64,000 nt of DNA from a virus (IMGVR_UViG_3300037993_001242:1-64000), one strand, 5' to 3'; shown: positions 39,720 through 49,382, numbered from the stretch's first letter. The notes: a model not told the origin generated them from the sequence alone. Numbers and translations: made by a program.

Positions 39720-41294
39720 TTACTTTGTGATGTTGTCCGGCAAACCAAGATAAGGATGCAAAGACACGGGAAGCTGTTGAATTTCATCGGAGCGCCAGTC
39801 GCGCACGGTTGGCCAAATCTGGTACTTCTTGTACATGTGGGCGTTCTTAAGGCCCGGCTTGACGTTGGGCAGGATGTTTTTCAGCCAACCCTCGAAATCG
39901 TAATCAGGATCGTCGTAATGACCGGAACGCCGATGTTTCCTGATGGTTTCCTCCATGGTGCGGCGCGTACCGGTGAAGTGATAAATGCGAGGAAAAGGAA
40001 TGACCGTCTGCCGGACGGTAGGCGTGCGGCAGGACTTGAAAATAATGGTACCACCGATGTATACGACAGCCAAGTCCTGCGCCATTTCAATGGGATAACC
40101 GGGCAGACCAATGACCGGAATCATGTAGGTACTGATCGCGGTGTGCCCCTGTTCAATGTAGGGTTGAAGCATTTCCAACGTCCCCCGCATCCAAAGTTCA
40201 TCGCCGTCGACTATCAAAATGTTGTGATAACCAAGGCTGCGCACCCAAGCCAAACTGTCATTGCGCACGCGGGTTTCGACCGTCAGCCGATCATCGCCGG
40301 TAAACCGGTATTTTTTAACGTCAAAAGTCTTTTGATGCACGGTCAGGCCCAGCGCCCGAACCTGCTCGGCCACCTTGTCGACTTCACCCGTGTATACAGT
40401 GTCTATGGCCTCCCCCGACCAGTACTCGTTGGGCTGGGCAAAAAAGAAAATTTTAACCCCTTCCTCGGCCAGTCGCTTGCAAACTTCCAGCAGGCACAGG
40501 TCATCCTGCGTCACTTGCATGTAGGCCACGAATTCATCATTCTTTTTAGCTTCGGGCTTGACCTCCGTTTCCGCTGTATACACCGGCGCTTTGGGGCCGT
40601 CATCCAGCGGAAAACCTCTGGCTTTGCGAAATTTGAAAAGCATTTCCCCGGCATTCCAGCGCTCTTGGGAGGCGTGAGCGCGATCCACGTCATCCCGCTC
40701 GCGTTTGCCACAATCCGGGTGGATGTGCTCAAACAACAGGTGCATGGCTTCAATCACCACACCGTCGCGGTAAGCGACTTCGGTAAACTCGGTGTCGTTG
40801 AACATCGACTGATACTTCGGATACCAGAGATAGCCAAATTTGTCGTAGCGGGTGCGGGTGAAAATGGCCAAGGTGCAAAGATCGCGCACATAACCGTCAT
40901 TGATGTGGATGACCCGGTCTTCGTCCAGCCACGTCTTGGGTTCGAGCGCCAGCAGGACTTCGTCCCAATTGGGTGGTGGCATGAAATCGTCGGCCACGGC
41001 AATGATAATCTTTCCGGTGGAAATCTCCGCTGCCGCATTCCACCCGGCATTGCAGTTTTTCGGCCCTTTATTGACTGTGGTTTTGGCCGAACGACAAGCT
41101 CCTGACAGGACGGCGGCATTGGTGGCTGAACTGGCAGCGGCCAACGAAGCGATGTCGCCATCGTCCACCGCCACGCACCATTCGATGTCATGAAGTTTGG
41201 AGCGCGAATTCCATAACTCCATTACTTGGGGGATCACCTTCGGTCTGACCGAAGTGTATACGAGAGAAAATAATGGGACGCTTGTCTCAGCCAT
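39720..41294 (-). CDS. two-domain glycosyltransferase (GT2-like)
   Basis: VAVDDGD, NAGWNAAAEISTGKIIIAVADDF; second domain LIVDGDELW. Confidence 0.8.
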   Translation of the reverse strand: MAETSVPLFSLVYTSVRPKVIPQVMELWNSRSKLHDIEWCVAVDDGDIASLAAASSATNAAVLSGACRSAKTTVNKGPKNCNAGWNAAAEISTGKIIIAVADDFMPPPNWDEVLLALEPKTWLDEDRVIHINDGYVRDLCTLAIFTRTRYDKFGYLWYPKYQSMFNDTEFTEVAYRDGVVIEAMHLLFEHIHPDCGKRERDDVDRAHASQERWNAGEMLFKFRKARGFPLDDGPKAPVYTAETEVKPEAKKNDEFVAYMQVTQDDLCLLEVCKRLAEEGVKIFFFAQPNEYWSGEAIDTVYTGEVDKVAEQVRALGLTVHQKTFDVKKYRFTGDDRLTVETRVRNDSLAWVRSLGYHNILIVDGDELWMRGTLEMLQPYIEQGHTAISTYMIPVIGLPGYPIEMAQDLAVVYIGGTIIFKSCRTPTVRQTVIPFPRIYHFTGTRRTMEETIRKHRRSGHYDDPDYDFEGWLKNILPNVKPGLKNAHMYKKYQIWPTVRDWRSDEIQQLPVSLHPYLGLPDNITK

Positions 41295-41318
41295 AAGTTC
41301 GTTCTTAAAAGAACAGCA

Positions 41319-41777
41319 ATGCGCGAAATTGACCTGACAAATACCGATAAAAAAGCTCTGATTGACGACTCCGACTTTGAGCGCGTCAACCAGTTTCGTT
41401 GGCTTTTGCTTAAAAACGGATATGTCATGTCGAATTCAGCAGAACATCTTTATCTACACCGATTCATTTTTGGCGTGAAGATAAAAGCAAGAGTTGATCA
41501 CAAGGATAGAAATCCTTTGAATAATCGGCGGCACAATCTTCGGTCGGCAACCAACAGCCAAAATCAAGCCAATGCAGCGAAACAACAATCCTACAACAAC
41601 CACGCTGTTACATCTAAGTTTAAAGGTGTTTCTTGGTATCCACGTCATGCCAAATGGCGAACAACCGTCGCAGGTAAACACGTCGGCTATTTTAACGAAG
41701 AATTAGAAGCTGCTGCGGCTTACAACGAAATAGCACTAGAAAAATTTGGAGAATTTGCACTTCTAAATGTATTTTAA
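41319..41777 (+). CDS. HNH-AP2 homing endonuclease
   Basis: LHRFIF..VDHKDRNPLNNRRHNLR; SKFKGVSW...EAAAAYN. Confidence 0.9.
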   Translation: MREIDLTNTDKKALIDDSDFERVNQFRWLLLKNGYVMSNSAEHLYLHRFIFGVKIKARVDHKDRNPLNNRRHNLRSATNSQNQANAAKQQSYNNHAVTSKFKGVSWYPRHAKWRTTVAGKHVGYFNEELEAAAAYNEIALEKFGEFALLNVF

Positions 41778-42006
41778 TATGCGCACTGACTTTGAAAAAG
41801 AGCAGTTGGCCCTGAAGTTTCAGGCCAATGTCATCAGCAACCGGGGCATGGCCCTGCTGCTGGCCGCCGAACTGATTCAGGAATATCGGGCATTGGTGCA
41901 ACAACTGCTGGCTCACAACGAAAAATTACTGATGGCTTTGAATGAAAAAGAAAATCCTAAGCGAGATGGTGGAGCAGTACCAACAGCGCCAGCACAGGCT
42001 GCCTGA
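41767..42006 (+). CDS. hypothetical coiled-coil protein
   Basis: 79 aa ORF. Confidence 0.5.
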   Translation: MYFNMRTDFEKEQLALKFQANVISNRGMALLLAAELIQEYRALVQQLLAHNEKLLMALNEKENPKRDGGAVPTAPAQAA

Positions 42007-42196
42007 AAGGATTGTGATTCATCCGTTGGCGCTGGTGGCCCTTGGGATCAGGCGGTCGGTAGCTCCGGTATGGAATGGCATCCCGGTGGAATGCCGAGAA
42101 GTGTCACCGGCGGAAGGTAAAAAGGGAGGAAGTCGGCTGGGAGTATATTTGGAAGCAAAGAGGAAGGAAGCCGCGCTAGTTAGCTTTGACTGTTAA
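41942..42196 (+). CDS. hypothetical protein
   Basis: 84 aa ORF. Confidence 0.5.
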   Translation: MKKKILSEMVEQYQQRQHRLPERIVIHPLALVALGIRRSVAPVWNGIPVECREVSPAEGKKGGSRLGVYLEAKRKEAALVSFDC

Positions 42197-42197
42197 T

Positions 42198-42551
42198 ATG
42201 CGCGCAAAACAACTCGTAGACATCCTGCTGGAGGACAAAAAAGTCATCGCCGTTGATCTGGACGGCACATTAGCCCGCCGCCTGCCCGGCAAGTTTGACC
42301 GGGAAAAGATCGGCAAACCGGTTCCAGAAATGGTGCGGAAAATCCGGCGGGCATTGGAAAGCGGCCACGAAGTCATCATCTTTACCGCTCGCGCAGCGGA
42401 GCCGATCAACATTCGTCCTATCAAGGCGTGGCTGAAGGAGCACGATCTTCCCGATCTGAAGATAACCCACGAAAAGACGCCCGACATCGACGAATTCTGG
42501 GACGACAAGGCCAAGGGCGTGGAGCAAAACAAAGGAACGTTCAAACACTGA
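42198..42551 (+). CDS. minimal HAD-family phosphatase with N-terminal tag (MRAKQLVDILLED)
   Basis: IAVDLDGTL (motif I), IFTAR (II), EK (III), FWDDK (IV). Confidence 0.85.
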   Translation: MRAKQLVDILLEDKKVIAVDLDGTLARRLPGKFDREKIGKPVPEMVRKIRRALESGHEVIIFTARAAEPINIRPIKAWLKEHDLPDLKITHEKTPDIDEFWDDKAKGVEQNKGTFKH

Positions 42552-42668
42552 TGGTCGAGTCACGCATACCGCAAAAAAGCTATCCGTTGTCCTACCTGTG
42601 GAACCATATCCACATGAAGCCCCTTGCGGTCTCCAAAGCCAAAAAGCGGAAGACCGTCCTCCTCAAAA

Positions 42669-42974
42669 CTAATTGCGCCGATCCCGGATGAAATTCTGCG
42701 CAAACTTTTCGTTTTCCTGCTGTTCGTGCTCCGCTTCCTGTTCGGCGGTTTGGCCGATCCAGTAGGGTACGGCATAAGCCAGAAAATCGGGATCAAAACC
42801 TTTGGCCTCAAGCTGCTGGCGAAATTGCCCGTAATAGTCCTTGAGCATCTTGGTCTTTTCAATATCGGAAACAGGTCGCTGCATAATCTGGAGCGTCTGG
42901 GTGATCTGATCCTGATCAAGGATGCTTCCCAACGGCACCGTCTTCCAGCCTTTTGGCAATTTAGGTTTGGCCAT
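42669..42974 (-). CDS. hypothetical protein
   Basis: 101 aa ORF. Confidence 0.55.
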   Translation of the reverse strand: MAKPKLPKGWKTVPLGSILDQDQITQTLQIMQRPVSDIEKTKMLKDYYGQFRQQLEAKGFDPDFLAYAVPYWIGQTAEQEAEHEQQENEKFAQNFIRDRRN

Positions 42975-42975
42975 A

Positions 42976-43740
42976 TTATTCGTCCAGCATGGCAGGAGCC
43001 ATCCGGCCCATACCTTTGAGCAGTTCCATCAATTTGTCCAGTTCCTGTTGTGCCGAATCCCGCCGCCCGGTGTCAAGCTGTAAATTTTGAAGGGGGCCGG
43101 GAATGGCTCCGCTGAACTTCATCCAGATGTCGGCCAGCTTGAACCGCGACAGCGCCAACGAGTAGCGTTTTACCCAATCCGCCCCGGTCGCGGTAAGCTG
43201 TTCTGTCCGGGTATGCGGCCAATAGGCAAATATACCGGCTTGATAACGCTCGATGGGATTGTGGATGTACAGTGCCTGCTCCATTTCATCATAAAACCAG
43301 TCGGGCCGAATACTGGTCACTCGCTGCCACGTCTTGCGCCAGCGTAGGAAGATGTCGTATTCATCGAGACCCAGCCGGAACAGCGGAGCCGGGTTGATCA
43401 GGTTGCCATAAAAGATTTCCGTCGGCACCGGGTTGGGTTCAACAAACTGGACGTTGGCAACACCCAGTCCTACATCAACGCCTTGGAGATATTTGAACTG
43501 ACCCCGGACGAGGATGATGTTGCCAACTTTGATCTTGGGAACCCACTGAGAATACAACGACATCGAATCCTGAATGGCATCCAGAATCTGCTGGTTGGTA
43601 AGCTCAACATTCCACACCGGCCCGCCCAAACTGCGGATGATGTAATTTTTTAACTGGTCAACCGTATAGCCACGAAGGGGCAGCGTATCCGGGCTGTCCT
43701 GACTGGTTTTGACTGGTTCACTGGCATTGCTTGTGGCCAT
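42976..43740 (-). CDS. neck/head adaptor protein (T4 gp13-like)
   Basis: QLKNYIIRSLGGPVWNVELTNQQILDAI matches the gp13 N-terminus; GTAGTTA 4 nt upstream. Confidence 0.9.
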   Translation of the reverse strand: MATSNASEPVKTSQDSPDTLPLRGYTVDQLKNYIIRSLGGPVWNVELTNQQILDAIQDSMSLYSQWVPKIKVGNIILVRGQFKYLQGVDVGLGVANVQFVEPNPVPTEIFYGNLINPAPLFRLGLDEYDIFLRWRKTWQRVTSIRPDWFYDEMEQALYIHNPIERYQAGIFAYWPHTRTEQLTATGADWVKRYSLALSRFKLADIWMKFSGAIPGPLQNLQLDTGRRDSAQQELDKLMELLKGMGRMAPAMLDE

Positions 43741-43752
43741 GCCCTAACTACT

Positions 43753-44784
43753 TCAGGTTGTCAGCGGGTATGGAGCCATGATGGCGTCGACCTGATCAGG
43801 ATGCTTTGATTCCGCGTGCTGTTTAAGCTGTGACCGGAATTTGCGTTCAATGTGGCAGATCGAGCACACAAATGGCTGATCAGTCTCTGGCGCGGGAGCC
43901 GCTTCATCCGGCGGAACCGGCGGCGTTTCATCCGTGGGCACCGGGGGCAGACTTCCACCTTCTGGCACTTCGTCCAGTTCCGGTTCCGGCAGGGGCACCA
44001 CTTCCGCAACAACCGCAACTTCAGGTAGCGGGGCGGATTCGGTTATGGCCGCCGGTTTGCCCGCCACCACCGGCGCGTTGGGGGGAGCCGTGCGCACGAT
44101 GGTATTCATAAAGCCTGTCTCGCTGTCGAGTTGAGCGTTGGTGGTCTCGGCCTTTTTGAGTTGCGCCAGCAATGGTTGTCGCTGGGTCGCAATCTCCGAC
44201 GGCATCTGGAGTAATTCTTTGGGCAAGTCGGCGGGACGCTTGGTCATCGAGGAATCGATGGCATACTTGATCATTGGCACGTCCGACAAGCGCGGCGGTG
44301 TTCCATCTGTATCCGTCACGCCGTAATTCTCCGGCACTTCCCTCGGCTTCTTGATCAAACCGGCGCGCCGCGCCTCGTCCATGGACATAGCAACGACCGA
44401 GGGCTTATTGATCGCCTGTTCCGGTATGTCTCTCGGCTTGGGCATCACCGGCTGACGGACACCGTGTTTGTCCTGCGTAAATTCCGTCACGGCGTGTACG
44501 GACAAGCCATCGCTTCGAGGAGCCACGTTCATGGTGGCCACGGGCACCCGGATCACGGGTACTGGTTTATCGGACATTTCCCGATGCAGTTGCTTGTTGT
44601 TGGCGTAAAGCTCGAAGAACGGGTCATTGATTTTTCGTCCTTGCCGGTCGAGGACATATTCGCCGGGCTGCAAAAAAAGCGTGATGCTCAATTTGGAAAT
44701 CACCAATTGCATGGGCCATTTATTGCCGTTGTAATATCCGACGACGTTGGTCGTGGGCACGGTTGCGGGCACAGTTTTGCTCAT
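43753..44784 (-). CDS. Pro-rich protein with C-terminal C2H2 zinc finger
   Basis: FVCSICHIERKFRSQLKQHAESKH. Confidence 0.7.
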   Translation of the reverse strand: MSKTVPATVPTTNVVGYYNGNKWPMQLVISKLSITLFLQPGEYVLDRQGRKINDPFFELYANNKQLHREMSDKPVPVIRVPVATMNVAPRSDGLSVHAVTEFTQDKHGVRQPVMPKPRDIPEQAINKPSVVAMSMDEARRAGLIKKPREVPENYGVTDTDGTPPRLSDVPMIKYAIDSSMTKRPADLPKELLQMPSEIATQRQPLLAQLKKAETTNAQLDSETGFMNTIVRTAPPNAPVVAGKPAAITESAPLPEVAVVAEVVPLPEPELDEVPEGGSLPPVPTDETPPVPPDEAAPAPETDQPFVCSICHIERKFRSQLKQHAESKHPDQVDAIMAPYPLTT

Positions 44785-44820
44785 GCTTTTTAAGAACGTA
44801 TTTTCGCAGGAGCAAATTGA

Positions 44821-44859
44821 AAAAATAAAACGGCGGTCGTTCCAACTACGACCGCCGTT
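44821..44859 (-). terminator. intrinsic terminator
   Basis: 12-bp stem AACGGCGGTCGT/ACGACCGCCGTT with T tract on the minus strand. Confidence 0.8.
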
Positions 44860-44922
44860 AATCAGACTAACCACCAAACCCTCTATGAAACACTTAAACG
44901 GTAAGCCTGCCCTACCAAATCG

Positions 44923-45504
44923 TCAAGACCATTTCCGCGTGAACCACGCCAGCGTTGTCCGTTTCCGCGTTCCGCCCATGGGATAATAATGCGTCGGATA
45001 ACGGTTGTCTTTCAAAACAATGCCTTCATACATCGGGAGATTTCTGGCCCCGCGCAGCAGCCACGCTCTGGTCGGTTTGGGGAACATCCAGCGATGCTGG
45101 ATGAACCTGACCATCTGGAACGCCATGACCTCCCGCTCGTCCACCGACCGATACAACATAGATTTTCCGTCAAGGGCCAACAGGTCAAAAGGGTGAAATT
45201 CTTCTTCGTACACCACGCCGTCAAAAACCGTCCGGTTGGGCAATTTCAGAAAATCGTGCGTATGCTGGAGCGGCTTTTTGTACCACTTGCCAAAGCCATC
45301 CTGAACGTAGAGCCTCTTGTCGACGACCGCCAGACAGGCCCGTTCCCCGGCCAGCAGAGGCTGGGCGCACCACAAGCCCGGTTTGCTGATTTCTTGGTAT
45401 AAGTCCTCGATCAGACGCACAGCCCGCAGCGTGCGGCCCGTAGCGGGGCGCACCGGCTGAAAAGGAAACACCACGCCCGAAACGATGACAATCTTTTCCT
45501 GCAT
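44923..45504 (-). CDS. ATP-dependent ligase/capping-type nucleotidyltransferase domain lacking the motif I Lys
   Basis: AQPLLAGER (KxDG position), VFDG, FDLLALDG, YEGIVLKD, W..K. Confidence 0.65.
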   Translation of the reverse strand: MQEKIVIVSGVVFPFQPVRPATGRTLRAVRLIEDLYQEISKPGLWCAQPLLAGERACLAVVDKRLYVQDGFGKWYKKPLQHTHDFLKLPNRTVFDGVVYEEEFHPFDLLALDGKSMLYRSVDEREVMAFQMVRFIQHRWMFPKPTRAWLLRGARNLPMYEGIVLKDNRYPTHYYPMGGTRKRTTLAWFTRKWS

Positions 45505-45512
45505 ACACCCAA

Positions 45513-45540
45513 AATGTATACCGAAAACACCACTTGTCAA
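45513..45540 (-). promoter_or_regulatory. sigma70-type promoter
   Basis: TTGACA-16 nt-TACATT just upstream of ATG 45504. Confidence 0.6.
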
Positions 45541-45549
45541 TAGCAAAAT

Positions 45550-45771
45550 TTAATAGCGCTTGGGGGGCGGTTCCGGGAGCATCGCCACAGGAATTGGTTC
45601 AAAACGAACCACCACTTTGTTGGTCTTCGGATCGACCGCCTTCAAATCCTTCCCCTCCCGGCGCAGGGCCAGCCCGCGACGGCGGCAAAGCCATTTCAAT
45701 TCGTGATCCGAGTAGCGTTTGCTCCGCCGCCACACTCTGGAAAATTCACGATTGGTTAGCCGGTAATCCAT
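45550..45771 (-). CDS. small basic hypothetical protein
   Basis: MDYRLTNREFSRVWRRSKRY... Confidence 0.5.
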   Translation of the reverse strand: MDYRLTNREFSRVWRRSKRYSDHELKWLCRRRGLALRREGKDLKAVDPKTNKVVVRFEPIPVAMLPEPPPKRY

Positions 45772-45802
45772 GATTTGTAGAACTGTTCCCCGTGGAACAT
45801 TT

Positions 45803-46225
45803 TTAAATGCCGCCTCCAATGTTTTGCTCGCGCTGTTTGAGCGCCCGGTCGGCGTGCTTGTAGTACAGACGCCTGCTCGGCGTGGGCCAGTCACGTTCCC
45901 GCGTGCTGTAGACATCGGTCGCGCCAAAAGACCGGCGGCGCAAATTCCGGTTGGTCGCCAGCGTGTGTGATTTACGGGGATAACCGGGCGGCTCCTCCGC
46001 TGCCGGTTGAAACACGTATTTGCGCCCGCCCTGAACAAACCAGTTAACGCCCAACCGGTGAGCCTCCGCTTTGGTCGTGGGCGGGTTGTTACGCAGTTGG
46101 TATCGTTGATACTGCGGGCTGCCGGGCTTGAAAACTTGGGAATAATCCCAAGGTTCGGCCCCTTCCAACGAATCCAATGAGTCGTCTTCCAGCAACGCGT
46201 CTACGATGTGCTCGGCTCTGGTCAC
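45803..46225 (-). CDS. tagged hypothetical protein (MTRAEHIVDALLEDD)
   Basis: Shared tag; GTAATTA 4 nt upstream. Confidence 0.7.
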   Translation of the reverse strand: MTRAEHIVDALLEDDSLDSLEGAEPWDYSQVFKPGSPQYQRYQLRNNPPTTKAEAHRLGVNWFVQGGRKYVFQPAAEEPPGYPRKSHTLATNRNLRRRSFGATDVYSTRERDWPTPSRRLYYKHADRALKQREQNIGGGI

Positions 46226-46367
46226 AATTTAATTACGAAAATTTTCTTGTAAAAATAAAAAATCCAGTTCTGTAGTTACGTCGCGCACAAAGCGCACACC
46301 AGCGGGTGGCCGCCGTCGAGCCGCCCGGCTGAGAAAAACATCGACGAGAATGAAAGACTGAAAGAGC

Positions 46368-47255
46368 ATGAATGAAACAAACTGGAACGACCGCATGGCC
46401 GCTGCCGCTGCGGTATTGGGCCTCACCCCGGCTGTATTCGAGGAGGAATTCAAAAGGTTGACACGCATAACCACCGTCGAAGACATCGACGACGATGACG
46501 TGTTCAAATTTGGAGACTTCCGGGAAATCTACAAGTCACTGCCGGTGCCGGTGCTCCGCAAAGTGTTCAAAGCCCTGCGCGGCGGCAAATCCACCGACAA
46601 ACAAACTCCGGGCGGCGAAGGCACTGATCCCCGGATTCAGGAACTCAAAGCACTGGGCTTCAAAACCCGGCTCGAAGACGCTGATCCGGCGATCCTGCTC
46701 AAGTATTACCTGCCGGACAAACCGGCTGACCCAATCAGCACCGCGCTTAAAAAGCGCTTCGGCGACAAACCGTTGATCGCCTTCAAAGACGACGGCACCG
46801 TGGCGCTGACCGAAACGCTGCAATACCTCGCTGATCTGGAGCAGCATTACCCGGAGCAGGAAACCATCACCGTGGACGGCAAGCTGGCCAAATTGTGGCC
46901 TATCGGAGCCAAACCCGACACAATGGTCGAAGAAGACCCGCTCTTCCCCGGCCAACCGTTGCGGAACGGTTACAGCCTTGTCAACCACCGGAATTGGACA
47001 AAAGTCTCAATGGAAAACCGGCAGATGTGCCGCATCATCCTTGAGCGCGGCGAAATCGATCCCGACAACAAAGAAGCCGTCCTGCGGTTTCTGGAACGGG
47101 CCGAAACCAAAGACGGCCTCAACGCCGCCTACCCGGAAGCGGAACTCGAATTCCGCGAGAAAAAGAAAAAAGACGAACTGCCCAAACTGAAAGTCCAACT
47201 GGGTGCCGCTGGCACCAAGCCGAACAATCCGTTTGGCGTCCGCCGCCAGTACTAA
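46368..47255 (+). CDS. hypothetical protein
   Basis: 295 aa, typical codon usage. Confidence 0.75.
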   Translation: MNETNWNDRMAAAAAVLGLTPAVFEEEFKRLTRITTVEDIDDDDVFKFGDFREIYKSLPVPVLRKVFKALRGGKSTDKQTPGGEGTDPRIQELKALGFKTRLEDADPAILLKYYLPDKPADPISTALKKRFGDKPLIAFKDDGTVALTETLQYLADLEQHYPEQETITVDGKLAKLWPIGAKPDTMVEEDPLFPGQPLRNGYSLVNHRNWTKVSMENRQMCRIILERGEIDPDNKEAVLRFLERAETKDGLNAAYPEAELEFREKKKKDELPKLKVQLGAAGTKPNNPFGVRRQY

Positions 47256-47268
47256 CCAATCAACCGGA

Positions 47269-47294
47269 GGAGCGCGGCAACGCGCTCCCCTTTT
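47269..47294 (+). terminator. intrinsic terminator
   Basis: GGAGCGCG-GCAA-CGCGCTCC-CCTTTT. Confidence 0.7.
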
Positions 47295-47298
47295 GCCC

Positions 47299-48552
47299 AT
47301 GAATTATTTCGATACAACCGTAAATTCAACGGATTATCTGATGACCATCAACGGGTTGTCCGTTGGCCTGAATCTGCCCGAAGCCCTGCATTCCAAGGGC
47401 GAAGGCGAAGAGGAATTGACCCATGGTCTGCCGCCCTACCGACCACGCCGGGCGTATCTGGTCGACGAGTATCCGGCCTGCCCGGACAGTTGGCTGCGCA
47501 GCAGCGGGCGCATCAAAAGCTACTTCGTGCCCATCATGGCCGATACGGGCCTGTGGCTGGATTTTAACGCCTGCTCGCGCCACGCCAACCACACGGCCAT
47601 TGTCATCTCGGTGCAGGGCATCAATGCCGTAACTGGATTGCCTTGCAAAGATGCCCAACTGGAGCAGTACAAGGATCAATGCCCCAAGCACAAGGAACCG
47701 TTTGGCCCTGACCGTCTGTGCAAGAAGTGCAACTTCAAGTGGCCCAAACAAAATTACCTGTCCAGCACCGGCACTCCGTACGGCGCGCTGTGGTTGGATG
47801 GCTTCCGGGCGGAAGACGGCAAGGTGCGCCAGTACGTGTTTACGGAACAAAAACTACGCAGCGTGGCCAAGGCCATCATTGGCGAGGATCGCGTCTTTGC
47901 GCTGGGGATCAGCTACTTCCTGTCAAAGGAACCACGCCCGGTCACTGCTCCCAGCGTCACACGCGGCTACCACGGCATAAAAATGAACTACCTCGCAGGG
48001 GGTGATGAAATTGGGGCAATTGAAGGTGATACTAGCATTGAGGCTGATACTTGCAGTTTTGGCGATATGCCACTCAACTCCGATACCTCGGTCAACACGG
48101 CAGACATGTCGTCCGTCCATGTATACAACATGTCAATGGGCACACCAACCGCCTCGCTGGGGTCGAGTGGTTCCAAGGGAATGAGCGCCGGTAAACTGTA
48201 CTCTGGAAGTTTGAATGCAAACACGAGGAAGTATTCCGGCGGCACACTTGCCAAAAAGCATTTCTTGTCCGCAATGCCCAAAAGCTCATCGCTCGATGCG
48301 CCAGTAACCACAGCGGCTTTTCACAAACTCGCAGCGGTAAAACAAATGGAAATCGCCGCCGGGGCGCGCATTGACCAGCAAGTGCATGACGATCCAAACG
48401 ATCTGGAATTCTGGCAGAAGGAACCGGAGGGATTAATCGTGATCAACTACTGCACCCAGTCCGAGGCAATGAAGATCATCCGGGCGGGCAAGGTCGACGT
48501 GTCCGGCAGCAAGGAAGGCTTCTTGCAAAACGTACCCAAGGGCAACCCCTAA
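47299..48552 (+). CDS. conserved uncharacterized protein (LPP...LWLDFN...WLDGF...EIAAGARI.Q.V.DDP family)
   Basis: Motifs recall a widespread hypothetical family; inserted CPKH...CKKC; start reassigned to 47299. Confidence 0.65.
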   Translation: MNYFDTTVNSTDYLMTINGLSVGLNLPEALHSKGEGEEELTHGLPPYRPRRAYLVDEYPACPDSWLRSSGRIKSYFVPIMADTGLWLDFNACSRHANHTAIVISVQGINAVTGLPCKDAQLEQYKDQCPKHKEPFGPDRLCKKCNFKWPKQNYLSSTGTPYGALWLDGFRAEDGKVRQYVFTEQKLRSVAKAIIGEDRVFALGISYFLSKEPRPVTAPSVTRGYHGIKMNYLAGGDEIGAIEGDTSIEADTCSFGDMPLNSDTSVNTADMSSVHVYNMSMGTPTASLGSSGSKGMSAGKLYSGSLNANTRKYSGGTLAKKHFLSAMPKSSSLDAPVTTAAFHKLAAVKQMEIAAGARIDQQVHDDPNDLEFWQKEPEGLIVINYCTQSEAMKIIRAGKVDVSGSKEGFLQNVPKGNP

Positions 48553-48558
48553 GCGGTC

Positions 48559-49095
48559 GTGAATGTCCGCTTCGTCTCAGCCGACAGCCGCAAGGAAATC
48601 CAAGCGGCTGTCGGTTTTTTGGCCAAACAATCCTTGGGTTATCCCCGATACAATGACTGGGTGGGCCGGGCGGAAGCGGAACTTCATACCGGGTACAAGC
48701 GCGCCATACTGGCGTTCAGCGAAGACTGTCTGGTGGGTAATCTGGTCTGGCAGCCGCACAAAGCCATTCAAGGTGCGGTGGAGTGGAAGAACCTGCGGGT
48801 GCATCCCGCCGTCAAACGGCGGCTCTTTGGGAGATTCATTATCCGGCAGGCTGAAGAAATTTGTGGTTTTCCGGCGGCCATCTGTGACGTGCGCTCGGAT
48901 CAAAAAGATACCATCCAGTTCCTGCTGGTTTGTGGCTACACCATCGCCGCGACATTGCCGCTTTATGATTCGGAAAAACCGGACACGGTCATGGTGAAGT
49001 GGCTACGGCCATCAACTCAGGATTTGAAAACCGCTTTTACCTCCGCCGCTTCAAAGTCGTTATTTGACGCCAAGTACTCGATCCGTCGAGATTGA
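48559..49095 (+). CDS. GNAT-family acetyltransferase
   Basis: KNLRVHPAVKRRLFGRFII...QFLLVCGY. Confidence 0.75.
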   Translation: MNVRFVSADSRKEIQAAVGFLAKQSLGYPRYNDWVGRAEAELHTGYKRAILAFSEDCLVGNLVWQPHKAIQGAVEWKNLRVHPAVKRRLFGRFIIRQAEEICGFPAAICDVRSDQKDTIQFLLVCGYTIAATLPLYDSEKPDTVMVKWLRPSTQDLKTAFTSAASKSLFDAKYSIRRD

Positions 49096-49220
49096 CGACG
49101 TTCCGCCCGGTGCGTCCATACCTTAGTAAAGCGTCCCGGTGAGGAGCCACATATATTGCCGGGCCGCCGCGTCCAGTATTCGTAGCCCGCTGCTTTCGTC
49201 TTTTTGATCGTTTTGGACAT
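49017..49220 (-). CDS. small basic phage protein
   Basis: MSKTIKKTKAAGYEYWTRRPG...THRAERR. Confidence 0.5.
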   Translation of the reverse strand: MSKTIKKTKAAGYEYWTRRPGNICGSSPGRFTKVWTHRAERRQSRRIEYLASNNDFEAAEVKAVFKS

Positions 49221-49382
49221 CGGGACGTGGTGCTTCAGCAACATCACCCTCTAAACCCAAATAGTGATTCGGGTGGCAAAACTCACAACTGCATGGATGT
49301 TGTTCGATAACGGCTTCCATGCCGCAAACCTAAACCATGTTGTAGACGCCTACAAGTAAAATTTGTAGGCGTCTACACGTAA

